A DNA stretch of 64,000 nt from Macrostomum lignano. Lineage: Eukaryota. Every line of letters starts with the position of its first letter. Position 1 is the first letter of the stretch. Shown here one piece after another: positions 11,323-23,061 of the stretch. Location: assembly GCA_002269645.1 (NCBI GenBank), contig NIVC01002119.1, forward strand, positions 62,001 through 126,000, read 5' to 3'. The position numbers were made by a program, and so were the translations under genes. A model generated the notes under the pieces. It had not been told where the DNA came from. It did no database searches and was given only the letters and a program-made list of their open reading frames with translations.

Positions 11323-13477
11323 CCTGAGTCCTGAGTCCGATGACTCCTGAGCACATGTGCGCCAATATGTCCGAGGACTCGAGCTCACTCAAGGTGTACT
11401 GCTCACTGAAGCATGGATAGTTAATCCTATACATTTCGCTAATCCTTGAGATCTACGAGTAAATAATACAAACTGATTTAACTATGAACTAAGAGAATAG
11501 AATAGTGGGGTACGGGATAAGCGGGCTCGGAGCAAGCTGAGCAAATTAACTCAATAGCCAACACCGCCAGCAGAGCTATTCATCGTGTTGAAGGCCCTGA
11601 AGACCAACCTGCAGATCTCTGAGGGCCATCCTGCCAGGCATCAGCTGGGGATTATTACCTAGGGAAAATGAATTCTGAGCCAGCCTGTCCCTGCTGACCT
11701 CTGACAGTGGAGACAAATCTAATGAAACTGCAGTTCCCCAGGTGCCAGTCCGCAGCTTGGCACTCGCATTGCCGCCTCACTTAGAGGCGCTCCGGCAGCC
11801 GGGTAGCAGGGAAGAGCGGGACGAGCGCCCCGTCCGGGACTCCTAATTAGTCTGGGGGGGGGTCCGAGTTGCGCCGGGGATGCGGCGGAGAAATAGGAAG
11901 AGGGAGAGAGGCGAGATGAGGAGCCCTAAGAGCAGCCAGAGGATAAAGGAAGCCGCGGGCTTGAAGCGACGGCAGGTGCCTGATGCGGCTCGAAAATGCG
12001 CACACACGCTCCGAGAGGCACGGGAATGGCGAGTGACAGTGGAGAGTAGGGGAGACGATGAGGCGGATTCTGCAAGGAGGCGGGGCGGGGGCCTCCGCGC
12101 GGGAAAAGCAGGTCGCGGCAGCTGCAACCAGGCCAGTTGCAGCGGCTCTCGCGTGCCTGCTTGAAGGCAGGAGGGTCCCTACTTGAAATCCAAATTCATT
12201 TTTTTCCATTTCAAGTCGGCGGAAATACCGACTGGGGACGTTGGAGCAGCCATGGTAAATTTTAGGCAATCAAAAATAGCAAAACCGGACAGGCAGGCGG
12301 ACTGCGGTTCCCTGGCTGACTGTGCAGGCGATTCCGGAATGCTGGATGACGCAGTAGGCGAAAGGGCAAGAATTCAACAAAGCGCTTCACTGAGCACCTA
12401 CCAGCAGCAGCAGTCCTGTCCGTCATCCATTGTCTCAGCCAGCAGAGGCTCTTCAGTTCATCTGGCAGCCGAGCACCGGACTTAATGGCATTAGCGGCCA
12501 CTCTGGAATCCGAATCGATCTTTGTCCGTCGCTGTTTGCTCGCTCTGTCCTCCTTTCTTCTGTCTCTCGCCGCCTCTTCTCAGCCGTCAGGCTCTGCAAA
12601 TTTTCTGCCTCGGCTTCCCCCACCCCCCTGTCCTACTGCCGGCCTACCTGCCCGGCATTCGTTGGGGCAAAGCGGGGGAGAAAACGAATAGGGAAGAGAC
12701 AGAGGGAACAGAGTCCGCCCTTGATGGGGTCCCTGCATGACCCCTCTCAATCCATCCAGTGAAATTCCGGGTTGCTCAGCCGGCTATTCTCAAACCTGCC
12801 TGCTGCCTTCTTCATCTCATTTTCACCTCCCGACCTCCCCAGCCTCCGCTTCCCATTAACTCGGACCCCCCTTTCTCTCGCAGTACGTTTTTGCGTTTGC
12901 GAAGGGGAGTTTTGCAGGAGAGACATCCAGCAGAACGCAAGACAGTGAAAGAGGGACAAGAATGAATGGATAGGGGACACAATGCAGGCCGGCCCTGTGA
13001 TTAGCAGGCGGCTGAGGCAGAGGGAGGGCAGCTCGAGCCGGCAACAGCTTTTCCCGCTAAGAAGCGAGCGGAGAAAGCAGAGCCACTCGGCTGCTTTTGT
13101 GTAGCGGATGCGCCGCCGCCCTCCTTAGCAGCATAAATTAGCCTCTGCGCCTGACAAAGGGCGCACGCGAGCACAAGTCATCGATGCTCAAAGTCTGGCG
13201 CAGGAAAGTCTCGATAACTTGTGACTGCACGGAACTGATCGGCACTGACTGTGTGCTTCTCCGATAATGTGACCGATTCGCTCTTATGTAGAAATGAAAG
13301 TGTAAGCGATATCAATGGATGCAAAATAAAATGGCTCATAAAGGGCGCCGGCTCAGCAGATTTTTTGACGACTCGAATTTTCAAAATCAGTCTGCCACTC
13401 TCAAGAAATAATAATTGCATGCAGCTCAGGGCACCCAAATCCAGCGGCTGCACCCCATTTTGCGTTACGTTTTGTAA

Positions 13478-14107
13478 TTGCAGTCAATCCGCATTTGAGT
13501 TGCAGTCAATCCAGTCCCATTGCAGCCTGAAATCAGTCCTACTGCAGCCTGAAATCAAAATCGAATTGCAGTCAATCCGCATTTGAGTTGCAGTCAATCC
13601 GCATTCGACTTGCAGTCAATCCGCATTCGAATTGCAGTCAATCCGCATTTGAGTTGCCGTCAATCCAGTCCCATTGCAGCCTGAAATCAGTCCTACTGCA
13701 GCCTGAAATCAAAATCGAATTGCAGTCAATCCGCATTTGAGTTGCAGTCAATCCGCATTCGAATTGCAGTCAATCCACATTCGAACTGCAGTCAATCCGC
13801 ATTCGAATTGCAGTCAATCCACATTCGAACTGCAGTCAATCCGCATTCGAATTGCAGTCAATCCACATTCGAGTTGCAGTCAATCCGCATTCGAGTTGCA
13901 GTCAATCCGCATTCGAGTTGCAGTCAATCCGCATTCGAGTTGCAGTCAATCCGCATTCGAGTTGCAGTCAATCCACATTCGAACTGCAGTCAATCCGCAT
14001 TCGAATTGCAGTCAATCCACATTCGAGTTGCAGTCAATCCGCATTCGAGTTGCAGTCAATCCGCATTCGAGTTGCAGTCAAACCGCATGAGTTGCAGTCA
14101 ATCCGCT
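13478..14107. repeat. 22-bp minisatellite (TTGCAGTCAATCCGCATTCGA[G/A]) with two embedded blocks resembling the 14700 array
   Basis: Direct periodicity, with inserts at ~13508-13556 and ~13661-13710. Confidence 0.94.
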
Positions 14108-14699
14108 TTCTGAACTTCTTGAACTCCTCTCATGACTTGTAAACTGTATTGCAGATATCACAGACCGCACAAGTCAAAAATGCAGAACACTGCAGAATTG
14201 CCTTCTTAGTTCTTACGGGTCGGATCAAATCATTCAAGAGCCGCCCGCCACGGTCTCGCAGTTAAGCACTGCATCGATTGCGCCGGCAAAAATTGCCAAA
14301 CGGGAACAGATCTCTGCGATCAGCGGACAGAGATCTGCAATTCGATCCAAAGCAAGAGTCAAGAGAATCAAATGCGATCTGTGCGGCCCGGCCGTTGCCT
14401 CGGATCGCAATAAAATTATCAAAACAAAAACGCCTTTAGGGCACAGGATGATATTTCCTGTACCGCGGCCTCGAAGCAGCGGACACTGCAGTGCTCGTAG
14501 GTTGGCAGAAAAACTCAATTACACCTGGGGCAGCTCGGTTGCAATCAGAATCCCAAACACAGCGTATTGCTGCAACTCCAGCAGCCTGGCTATACAGTTG
14601 CGAACAGGCCGATAGGAGACTCCGCGCTACAAAGTCTGCGCCCCTTGGCAACTGCTTCATGCCGACTGTTTGGTTCAGAATTGCAAGTTAAAGCGGCTG

Positions 14700-15068
14700 C
14701 CCGAAATCCAGTCCCACTGCAGCCTGAAATCCAGTCCCACTGCAGCCTGAAATCCAGTCCCACTGCAGCCTGAAATCCAGTCCCACTGCAGCCTGAAATC
14801 CAGTCCCACTGCAGCCTGAAATCCAGTCCCACTGCAGCCTGAAATCCAGTCCCACTGCAGCCTGAAATCCAGTCCCACTGCAGCCTGAAATCCAGTCCCA
14901 CTGCAGCCTGAAATCCAGTCCCACTGCAGCCTGAAATCCAGTCCCACTGCAGCCTGAAATCCAGTCCCACTGCAGCCTGAAATCCAGTCCCACTGCAATC
15001 TGAAATCCAGTCCCACTGCAATCTGAAATCCAGTCCCACTGCAGCCTGAATTCCAGTCCCACTGCAGC
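14700..15068. repeat. 23-bp minisatellite (CTGAAATCCAGTCCCACTGCAGC), ~16 copies
   Basis: Direct periodicity. Confidence 0.96.
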
Positions 15069-15466
15069 AAATGATTGAAAATAAAAAGCTAAGCAAGCAT
15101 ATTACAATGCTGCAGATTTTAAAAGTACAAATAAAGAATGAAAAGTACTGCACCGCAAGCATCGGATCGCAGCAGCAGCGGCGGAGAATTTACTTGATGA
15201 CACAAATGAAAACCCGGTTCCAGATGAAAAATGAACGAACGTGTCAGAAAATAACAATAATTCAAGGCTTCAAGCGAAAAATTCAAATCAAACTGCAGGT
15301 TTAAATAAATGCTAAGAGATGTCCGGCAGTGCTGCTTCACTCTGATTGGCTGTGCGAGAGGCGATTCACCGCCATCTGATTGGCTGGCCGGCTTCACTAA
15401 TCAAGCCGAGCCAGATAGAAAACCTGGGGAAAATAAAAATGCGAATGTACGGCTGGCCAGGGCTAA

Positions 15467-15636
15467 TCAGATCAGAGCGCAGCAGAACTGGCAGTGGTCG
15501 CAGGACACAATCAGGCTGTCGCCTCCTTGACCGTCATCAACAACCAGCACTGCGGTGTCCTCGGTGCACAGGGAGGCGTGCGCGCTGGCGCAATCAAGGA
15601 GAGACTCGCGCAGGTCACCGAGGGTCAGCCCGGAAT
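15467..15636 (-). CDS. RPAIN: RPA-interacting protein, exon 2 (C-terminal zinc-binding region)
   Basis: CTCCAG acceptor, phase 1. Translates DSGLTLGDLRESLLDCASAHASLCTEDTAVLVVDDGQGGDSLIVSCDHCQFCCALI-stop, which parallels the RPAIN C-terminus (H-x3-C ... SLLxSCxxC). Confidence 0.85.
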
Positions 15637-15709
15637 CTGGAGTTGATGGGCCGGAAATCCTGCTTAGCTTTCCTTCTGAAGCTGGTCAGTCACTGCGAAA
15701 CTGGTGAGG

Positions 15710-16211
15710 CTAATGGCATGGAACTGGGCCACCTCTGCTCACTAATGGCATGGAACTGGTCCACCTCTGCTCACTAATGGCATGGAACTGGTCCACCTCT
15801 GCTCACTAATGGCATGGAACTGGTCCACCTCTGCTCACTAATGGCATGGAACTGGTCCACCTCTGCTCACTAATGGCATGGAACTGGGCCACCTCTGCTC
15901 ACTAATGGCATGGAACTGGTGCAGGCTAATGGCATGGAACTGGTCCACCTCTGCTCACTAATGGCATGGAACTGGTCCACCTCTGCTCACTAATGGCATG
16001 GAACTGGGCCACCTCTGCTTACTAATGGCATGGAACTGGTCCACCTCTGCTCACTAATGGCATGGAACTGGTGCAGGCTAATGGCATGGAACTGGTCCAC
16101 CTCTGCTCACTAATGGCATGGAACTGGTCCACCTCTGCTCACTAATGGCATGGAACTGGGCCACCTCTGCTCACTAATGGCATGGAACTGGGCCACCTCT
16201 GCTCACTAATG
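15710..16211. repeat. 32-bp minisatellite (CTAATGGCATGGAACTGGTCCACCTCTGCTCA), ~16 copies, filling most of the RPAIN intron
   Basis: Direct periodicity, with two shortened variant units. Confidence 0.96.
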
Positions 16212-16250
16212 CAGGTGGCTAGTCACTATTATCGCTAGTAAAAGCCGCAC

Positions 16251-16731
16251 CTGATCCGATGCCGTCACCGCAGCAGCTGGCCGGCAGGCGGACAAGGAGG
16301 CCGCAGTCGCAGACGAGCCGGCGGCCCGCGGCGGTGCTGAGAATCCGCAGCTGGCCACAGCGGCAGGCGGGGCAGACGCAGCCGCACTGGCTGAGCTCCC
16401 GCCGCATCGCCGCCTCGATCTCTAAGAGTTCGTCGCTGTCCATCCACTCGAAGCCGCCGCCGCCGCCGATCTCGGCGTCAAGGAGCTGCTCGAGCTCGCG
16501 GCGAACGTCGTAATCATCAGAGGCCGCAGCGGCGCCATCCTCGTCAGCCTGGCGGACGCGCATAAGAAAATCGGAGCGGCGCCGGCGCATCTCCTCTAGG
16601 CAGCGCCGGCGGAAGCCGCTCTTCCAGGGACTCCGGTGCCGCGCCCGGTCGTACAGCTGCTGGTGCTGCCGGCCCAGAGGGCTGCTGGGCGCCGGGGCTG
16701 GGCTGCGCGGAGAGGTGCCGGACATCTGCAT
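16251..16731 (-). CDS. RPAIN: RPA-interacting protein, exon 1
   Basis: LYDRARHRSPWKSGFRRRCLEEMRRRRSDFLMRVRQ matches the RPAIN N-terminal LY..SPPWKxxFRxRCLExMRxxR motif. CPACRCGQLRI...LVCDCGL matches the first CxxC pair. Donor CAG|GTGCGG, phase 1. Start at ATG 16731 or 16725. Confidence 0.88.
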
Positions 16732-17029
16732 GGCATTGGGTTGAGAGCAGCCTCCATGGTGAACGAGGATGCCCTACATGAATAGACTTGGCAATTTCTC
16801 CCCGTTGTCCGTGCATTTCCTGCTCTGCTATCTAATTTCCTCAGTCTCTTCTGGATCCTTCTAAATTTCCCAAACAACTCAGATCTCTCCCAGATCTTCT
16901 CTTATAGTCTCTTGGACCAACCTCAAAATGCAGACCGTTCGAAATCCGCCTAACCCGTTTCAGATTCTCTTCCATACCCTCCAATATTTTTTAGACACTC
17001 CTCATCTCTCCCAGACACTCCTACTTCTT

Positions 17030-17160
17030 CCCAGACACTCCTAATCTCTCCCAGACACTCCTAATCTCTCCACGCACCTAATCTCTCCCAGACACTCCTA
17101 ATCTCTCCACGCACCTAATCTCTTCCAGACACTCCTAATCCCTCCCGGATACTCCTAATG
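17030..17160. repeat. Degenerate ~20-bp repeat (CTCCCAGACACTCCTAATCT), ~6 copies
   Basis: Direct reading. Confidence 0.75.
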
Positions 17161-18079
17161 TCTTTAGAGCCTTCTAATCTTCCTCAAACTTCTTCTAGAT
17201 TTGCGAAGTCAAGCAGGCTATTACAATGGCATAAACCAGGGAAATGAGAGACCAAAGCCATCCGGTTGGAATTCAGCATGCGCTAAGGCTGCGCCAAGAA
17301 TCTATACTTTGGAGTGTCAAATGTCAAAAAAGCGACGAGGACGAGAATCAAATAAAATCGAGTCATTGCAAGGAACAGCAAATTAGTTTGGGACAGGGAA
17401 ATTTAAAATTTCATAGAGGAATATTTGATGAAGTCTTCCAGGTGCGATTTTACTGCAAATTCATTGCATTTACTGGTAGAGTGAAAACAGTCACAGTGGC
17501 TTATAATTATCAATAATTCAATTATGCATAATTAGCGCTAGTAGGAACAGCAAAGTAAAAGGTAAATTTCCCACTGGTTTCGGGGCCAGGCCTCACCCAG
17601 ATTTCATTACTACAACAGTGACGCACTGCTGCAAGTAGCATGTGCTGCATCTGTCATCAGAGCGCTGATAGCGATGGAAGTTTGGCAAGTCCAGAGGACG
17701 CATCGCGAGGTGATTCTTCGTGGCCAGAATTCCATAGAGATCGTCGGAATACACTTGCTTGGCTAACTACTGTGAGTGAGGGCAGAACTTGAGTTGCAAA
17801 CAGAAATAAACAATCTGAGATGGTTAGGCAGAGAAGCCTCATGACAGGAGTAGCAAAAATTCACCTTTGGGTACGCTAGATTAAGAGAGCTGATCTACAA
17901 AATAAACAAGCAAGGACCGCAAGGATACTAATGAGTTAGTGAATAAATCTGCTTATTAGGGGCAACCACTGAGATCAGGGCTGCCGCATATACTTGGACT
18001 TTTCCTTGTTACTTGAGGGATCTAAATTAAAATTCAAAACATTCCATGGCCCCATGATTTGAAGAGTCCACGGCCATTA

Positions 18080-18295
18080 ATTGGAGCAGTCCATGACCCA
18101 ATCATTGGACCAGTCCATGACCCAATCATTGGACCAGTCCATGACCCAGTCATTGGACCAGTCCATGACCCAGTCATTGGAGCAGTCCATGACTCAATCA
18201 TTGGAGCAGTCCATGACCCAATCATTGGACCAGTCCATGACCCAATCATTGGACCAGTCCATGACCCAATCATTGGACCAGTCCATGACTCAAGG
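18080..18295. repeat. 24-bp minisatellite (CCAGTCCATGACCCAATCATTGGA), ~9 copies
   Basis: Direct periodicity. Confidence 0.95.
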
Positions 18296-18818
18296 ACTTA
18301 ATAAGTGTTGGAAACAGCGCGCCCAAAAGGACCCAAGCTACAACAATGCTGTCAAAGCCAGCAAACTGACTAAATAACAGCAATAAAACAGAGAAAATTA
18401 ACTTGCTGAAAAGTACACGACTCAGTAGTGATCACAGTTCTATTGAAAGCAACAATATGCGAGAAGATTAGGACAGTAGACATCATGTTAAGCTAAAGAG
18501 TACATCATAAACACATTCATATGGCGCATGCTACAGCAATTCTCTCTGCAGATGCGCAAGTGGAGGCATGGCGGGATAAAGGGGCTAATTGGACAAGACA
18601 GAATACTGAGCGCCCAAGAAGGGCAGCACTGTGGGCCGGGCTTTACTGAATATTAGCATATATTGTGTGACTTCAGCCACTAGAAGCATATTTGTTCATG
18701 GCATCAATTCTATCATAGCTAAGTTTGCTTATCGCGCCACAGAAATGGGCATTTCTCGTGGGGGTGCATCGGAATACAGGCGGTACCGCGGCAAACATCA
18801 GGATTCTGTCCGAGCAGT

Positions 18819-18862
18819 TCACTTGGACTTGCTGTGCTGGATCAGCCACTGCAGTGTTATGT
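18819..18862 (-). CDS. ARL8: ARL8, last exon (D)ITLQWLIQHSKSK-stop
   Basis: TTTCAG acceptor, phase 1. Canonical ARL8 C-terminus DITLQWLIQHSKS. Confidence 0.93.
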
Positions 18863-18904
18863 CTGAAAGTTTGCAGAGTTAAGGCGGTAAATCAGGAGGA
18901 GCGC

Positions 18905-19575
18905 GGGAAGTAGAGTGAGAGGGAGAGTGGGAAGCAGGGCGAGAGGGAGAGCTGGGAGTAGAGTGGGAGGGAGAGTGGGGAGTAGAGTGAGAAGGCGAGT
19001 GAGGAGTAGAGTGAGAGGGAGTATTGGGAGTAGATTTGGAGAGAGAGTGCGGAGTAGAGTGAGAGGGAGTATTGGGAGTAGATTTGGAGAGAGAGTGAGG
19101 AGTAGAGTGAGAGGGAGAGTGAGAAGTAGAGTGAGAGGGAGAGTGAGGAGTAGAGTGAGAGGGAGTATTGGGAGTAGATTTGGAGAGAGTGAGGAGTAGA
19201 GTGAGAGGGAGAGTGGGGAGTAGAGTGGGAGGGAGAGTGGGGAGTAGAGTGAGAGGGAGTATTGGGAGTAGATTTGGAGAGAGTGAGGAGTAGAGTGAGA
19301 GGGAGAGTGAGGAGTAGATTGAGAGGGAGTATTGGGAGTAGATTTGGAGAGAGAGTGCGGAGTAGAGTGAGAGGGAGAGTGAGAAGTAGAGTGAGAGGGA
19401 GTATTGGGAGTAGATTTGGAGAGAGAGTGAGGAGTAGAGTGAGAGGGAGAGTGAGAAGTAGAGTGAGAGTGAGGAGTAGAGTGAGAGGGAGTATTGGGAG
19501 TAGATTTGGAGAGAGTGAGGAGTAGAGTGAGAGGGAGAGTGGGGAGTAGAGTGGGAGGGAGAGTGGGGAGAAAGC
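18905..19575. repeat. Purine-rich ~24-bp minisatellite (GAGTAGAGTGAGAGGGAGAGTGAG and variants) in ARL8 intron 2
   Basis: Direct periodicity. Pyrimidine-rich on the ARL8 sense strand. Confidence 0.93.
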
Positions 19576-19582
19576 TGGAGAT

Positions 19583-19750
19583 CCCCTGTCTAACAGGTGA
19601 CACTATCCCCTGTCTAACAGGTGACACTATCCCCTGTCTAACAGGTGACACTATCCCCTGTCTAACAGGTGACACTATCCCCTGTCTAACAGGTGACACT
19701 ATCCCCTGTCTAAGAGTTGACACTATCCCCTCTATAACAGGTGACATTGT
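19583..19750. repeat. 24-bp minisatellite (GACACTATCCCCTGTCTAACAGGT), ~7 copies
   Basis: Direct periodicity. Confidence 0.94.
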
Positions 19751-19907
19751 CTAGACAGACTATTCTGTCTAGGGAAAGTGGGGAGTAGAGTGAGAGAGAG
19801 AGAGTGGGGAGAAGAGAGGATGAGAAGTAGAAAGGAGAGAATATCAGAACGGGGAGTTGTGTGGAAGGTGGTAGGAGGGCATGTGAGGGAGAAGGGGCGG
19901 CACTGAC

Positions 19908-20295
19908 CGATATTCTCCTTCTCCTTGCAGCTGATGGAGTAGCAGCAGATCTCTCTGTCGGTGATGCCGTCAAGGCTGAGCCGCTCGATAAGCTGCCTCT
20001 CGTTGAGGGAGCCCTGCAGGTCTCGCTTGTTGCCCAGCACGAGCACCGGGATGCCCTGCAGCTGCGGCTTGTCGAGCAGGTTGTGCAGCTCGTTCCTGGC
20101 CGCCTCCAGCTTGTCGGCGTCGGCCGCGTCCACCATGTAGACGATGGCGTTGACGCCGCGGCAGTAGCGCTCCCACATGCTGCGGAAGCGGGGCTGGCCG
20201 CCAATGTCCCATAGCTTGATGGTGACGCTGCCCTTTGTGATCTTTCGCATGTTGAAGCCCACGGTGGGGATCATGTCCTCTGTGAACTGGCCGGA
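19908..20295 (-). CDS. ARL8: ARL8, exon 2
   Basis: [59 protein letters not shown]...LGNKRDL...[13 protein letters not shown]: Arf-like G2/G3/G4/G5 motifs with ARL8-specific sequence. CCCCAG acceptor and GTCAGT donor. Confidence 0.97.
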
Positions 20296-21930
20296 CTGGG
20301 GTGGGTTGGGGAAACACAAAGTTATTTTCAATATCTTCATCAAAATGCAATAGGAGATAAGGACAACACTCATTGAAGGTGTAAACTGAGATAAAAGATT
20401 AAAATGTCACTTCTTGTGACCGTAACACATTTCTTCCTATGCCAAACCCATGCTAAAAGCAACTGCAATCAGTCAGATGTCAGTCAGATTTTCAACTATA
20501 TTGTAAGTGAACAAAGTCTATTAGAACAAAGTTTATTTGTGTATGTTGACAATTTTATATCAATAAATACTTAAGGTATTTATCCTTAGAATTCATTTAA
20601 AAAATAATTCTAAGGAAAAATTAGGAAATATGCTCATACATAGATTGAAGGATAAAAAATATATTATATGGCTTATAAAATTTATACAGATAACTTTATA
20701 AATCAATACATTAAAAAAGTTCATTTAAAAAGTACTTTAATAAAAGTTATCTATTATTTATAGTTTAATTAGATTATTTATATTTAAAGGCTTAGATTAT
20801 ATGTTATTATATGGTAAGTTTTTTCTACATAAGATGTAAAGCAAATATCATAAATAATAGATGCCAGCTAGCAGGGATCCTAGTTTTTAATTTGGATCCT
20901 AAAATGGCACAGTAATACCAATACTTAAAAACTCAGCTTTTATGTATGATTTATATGAGAATGACTTATGCAAGTTCTAATAAGTGTTTTATATAGCTTT
21001 GTATAGGGACTTCAGTGAGGATCTCATGATTTACCAATATTTATACAAAGGGCAAAGTTGAAAAAAATTTGCAAATAAATAACTTTGGAATAAATCTTTT
21101 TATAAAGAAAATATTTCATAAATGTATATGGCTTCTATTAGAAATAAAATAAACTATACCCCATTGGGGAATAATTGTCCCTTAGTTATGCCAAATGGCA
21201 TACAAAAATGGATAAGATAAATAGAAAAAAATCAATATAATAACAATTATTAATAATTAGTGCACAATTGTGGCATAGTCATAATTGTTTTACAACTGAT
21301 ATCAATGTTCCTATTTGGCACAATAATATACTAATTTATATTATATTATAACTATGCCAACTATGCCAAAAGGATATTTGAGGGCAATTAAATGTAATGT
21401 ACTAATTAGCATAGTCTGGCATATTTGGCAAAATTATAGATTCTGTTAGGATAATAATTTCCCACTAAGTTTAGGACCTATATTTGTGATATAACAAAAT
21501 AGGTGCTTTTGTACTAAGCCAATATAAGAAATATTTTTTAAATATTTCAATATATATATACAATTTGTAATATTTCAATAAAGTTCTCACTATTTTTATA
21601 TTTTTAATAGGTTAGGCTTAGCTTTATTGTCTTAGGTCAAGAAACAAATTTTAATATGCTATATTTATTATAGGAGGAAAATAGAACTGTTATAATTGTA
21701 AAGACATTTATTATAGCAAAAAATATTAATTTTGATAGTCTTCTAATGTATTGTTTTAGGCTAAAGGCTGATATTTTAAAATATGGTTATTAAGGTTTTA
21801 GATATCCATATGCTAAAAATTCTAGCTATATTAGATTTATTCTTATCAAGACAATATATATATATATATATATATATAATAGGTGCTTTTATAATGAAGC
21901 TTTTATAATGTAATGCTTTTATAATGTAAA

Positions 21931-22228
21931 CTTACATGCGCAACAGTCGGCCGAGTCGGCCGATCCGGCCGACCGATTTGGCGGCCAACCAAGGAAGTCG
22001 CAAAAATGCCCACCCGAAAAAATACCAAAGTAGTAGTACTAAGTAGCTGACGAGGCATTTTGACTTAATAAGACAGTCATAGTTACTCCTGCCGTTTACC
22101 CAAAGTTGCGTTAATTTTGCATTAGGGTTTTTTTACATGTAAGTCGCATTTTTGGCCAAAAACTACGTCGCATTTTTGTTAAAACTAAGTTGCATGGCCG
22201 ACCGAATTTCGGAGGTTGCGCATGTATG
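21931..22228. mobile_element. ~300-bp non-autonomous DNA transposon (MITE), hAT- or P-like, with 8-bp target-site duplication
   Basis: Left end CTTACATGCGCAAC and right-end reverse complement CATACATGCGCAAC (13/14 match). AATGTAAA flanks both sides (21923-21930 and 22229-22236). The interior is more GC-rich than the host island. Confidence 0.75.
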
Positions 22229-22930
22229 AATGTAAACATATATGAGATAAACAATCTTAAGCCAAGAATTTGGTTAAATAAGTAAAAGAGTATCTAACCT
22301 ATTTTAGATAATAAAAACTATTTTATTACTTGAACAATTTGTAAAAGGTGTCTTGCTTTTTCAAAAAAATGAGATTTATCAAATAGAAATAACAAATATT
22401 TTTAAAAATAACCAACTTTATTTTAATAAAATCATTTCTAATCAATTATATAGCTTATTAATTTCAAATTCATTTGAAAATAATAGTCTATTGTTTCATT
22501 TTTTGCTAGAACATATTCTAATAAAGGATAATACCATGATCTAAAATGATAAAGCTTGGTCTAAAGACATAGTCTTACTTTTAAAGTTTTGCTTTGTTCT
22601 TAATCTTGACAATATTAATTGATAAATAATATGCCACACTTAGAGACACAGCAACCGTGTCTATAATGTAAAAACTTACATTACAAACTTACAAACTATA
22701 AGTATAGACATAGTCACTATTAGAGACAAAGTCGCTGTGTCAATAAAACTTGCACGGCAGCCGTGTGGTTAATATTGAATAGGTTCATACTTAGAGACAC
22801 GGTGGGTGGCCGTGTCGTTAATATTGGAGCTTAAAAGCACGGCTGCTATGTATATAATCATTGATTGGATGAAAAAAGATAAAAGTTGTTGGGGAATTTT
22901 TTAACTTGAAAGTTTTTAAAAATTAAGTTA

Positions 22931-23061
22931 AATTAAATTTTTAAGAGTAACACGAAATCTTAAAAAAGTGTGGCCGCAATTATATATGAAAAAGAAATAT
23001 TCTTTTGATATATATTGGCCGCACTTTAAGATTAAGTGTTACTCTTTAAAAAAATTAATTT
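22931..23061. repeat. Imperfect inverted repeat (hairpin) with ~65-bp arms
   Basis: TTAAGAGTAACAC...AAGTGTGGCC...TATATATGAAAAAGAA pairs with TTCTTTTGATATATATTGGCCGCACTT...GTGTTACTCTTTAA. Confidence 0.8.

Noticed and set aside
11340-11410. Candidate additional RhoGEF exon (EQYTLSELESSDILAH)
   Set aside because: A good acceptor is present but no convincing donor, so it could not be placed in the model with confidence.
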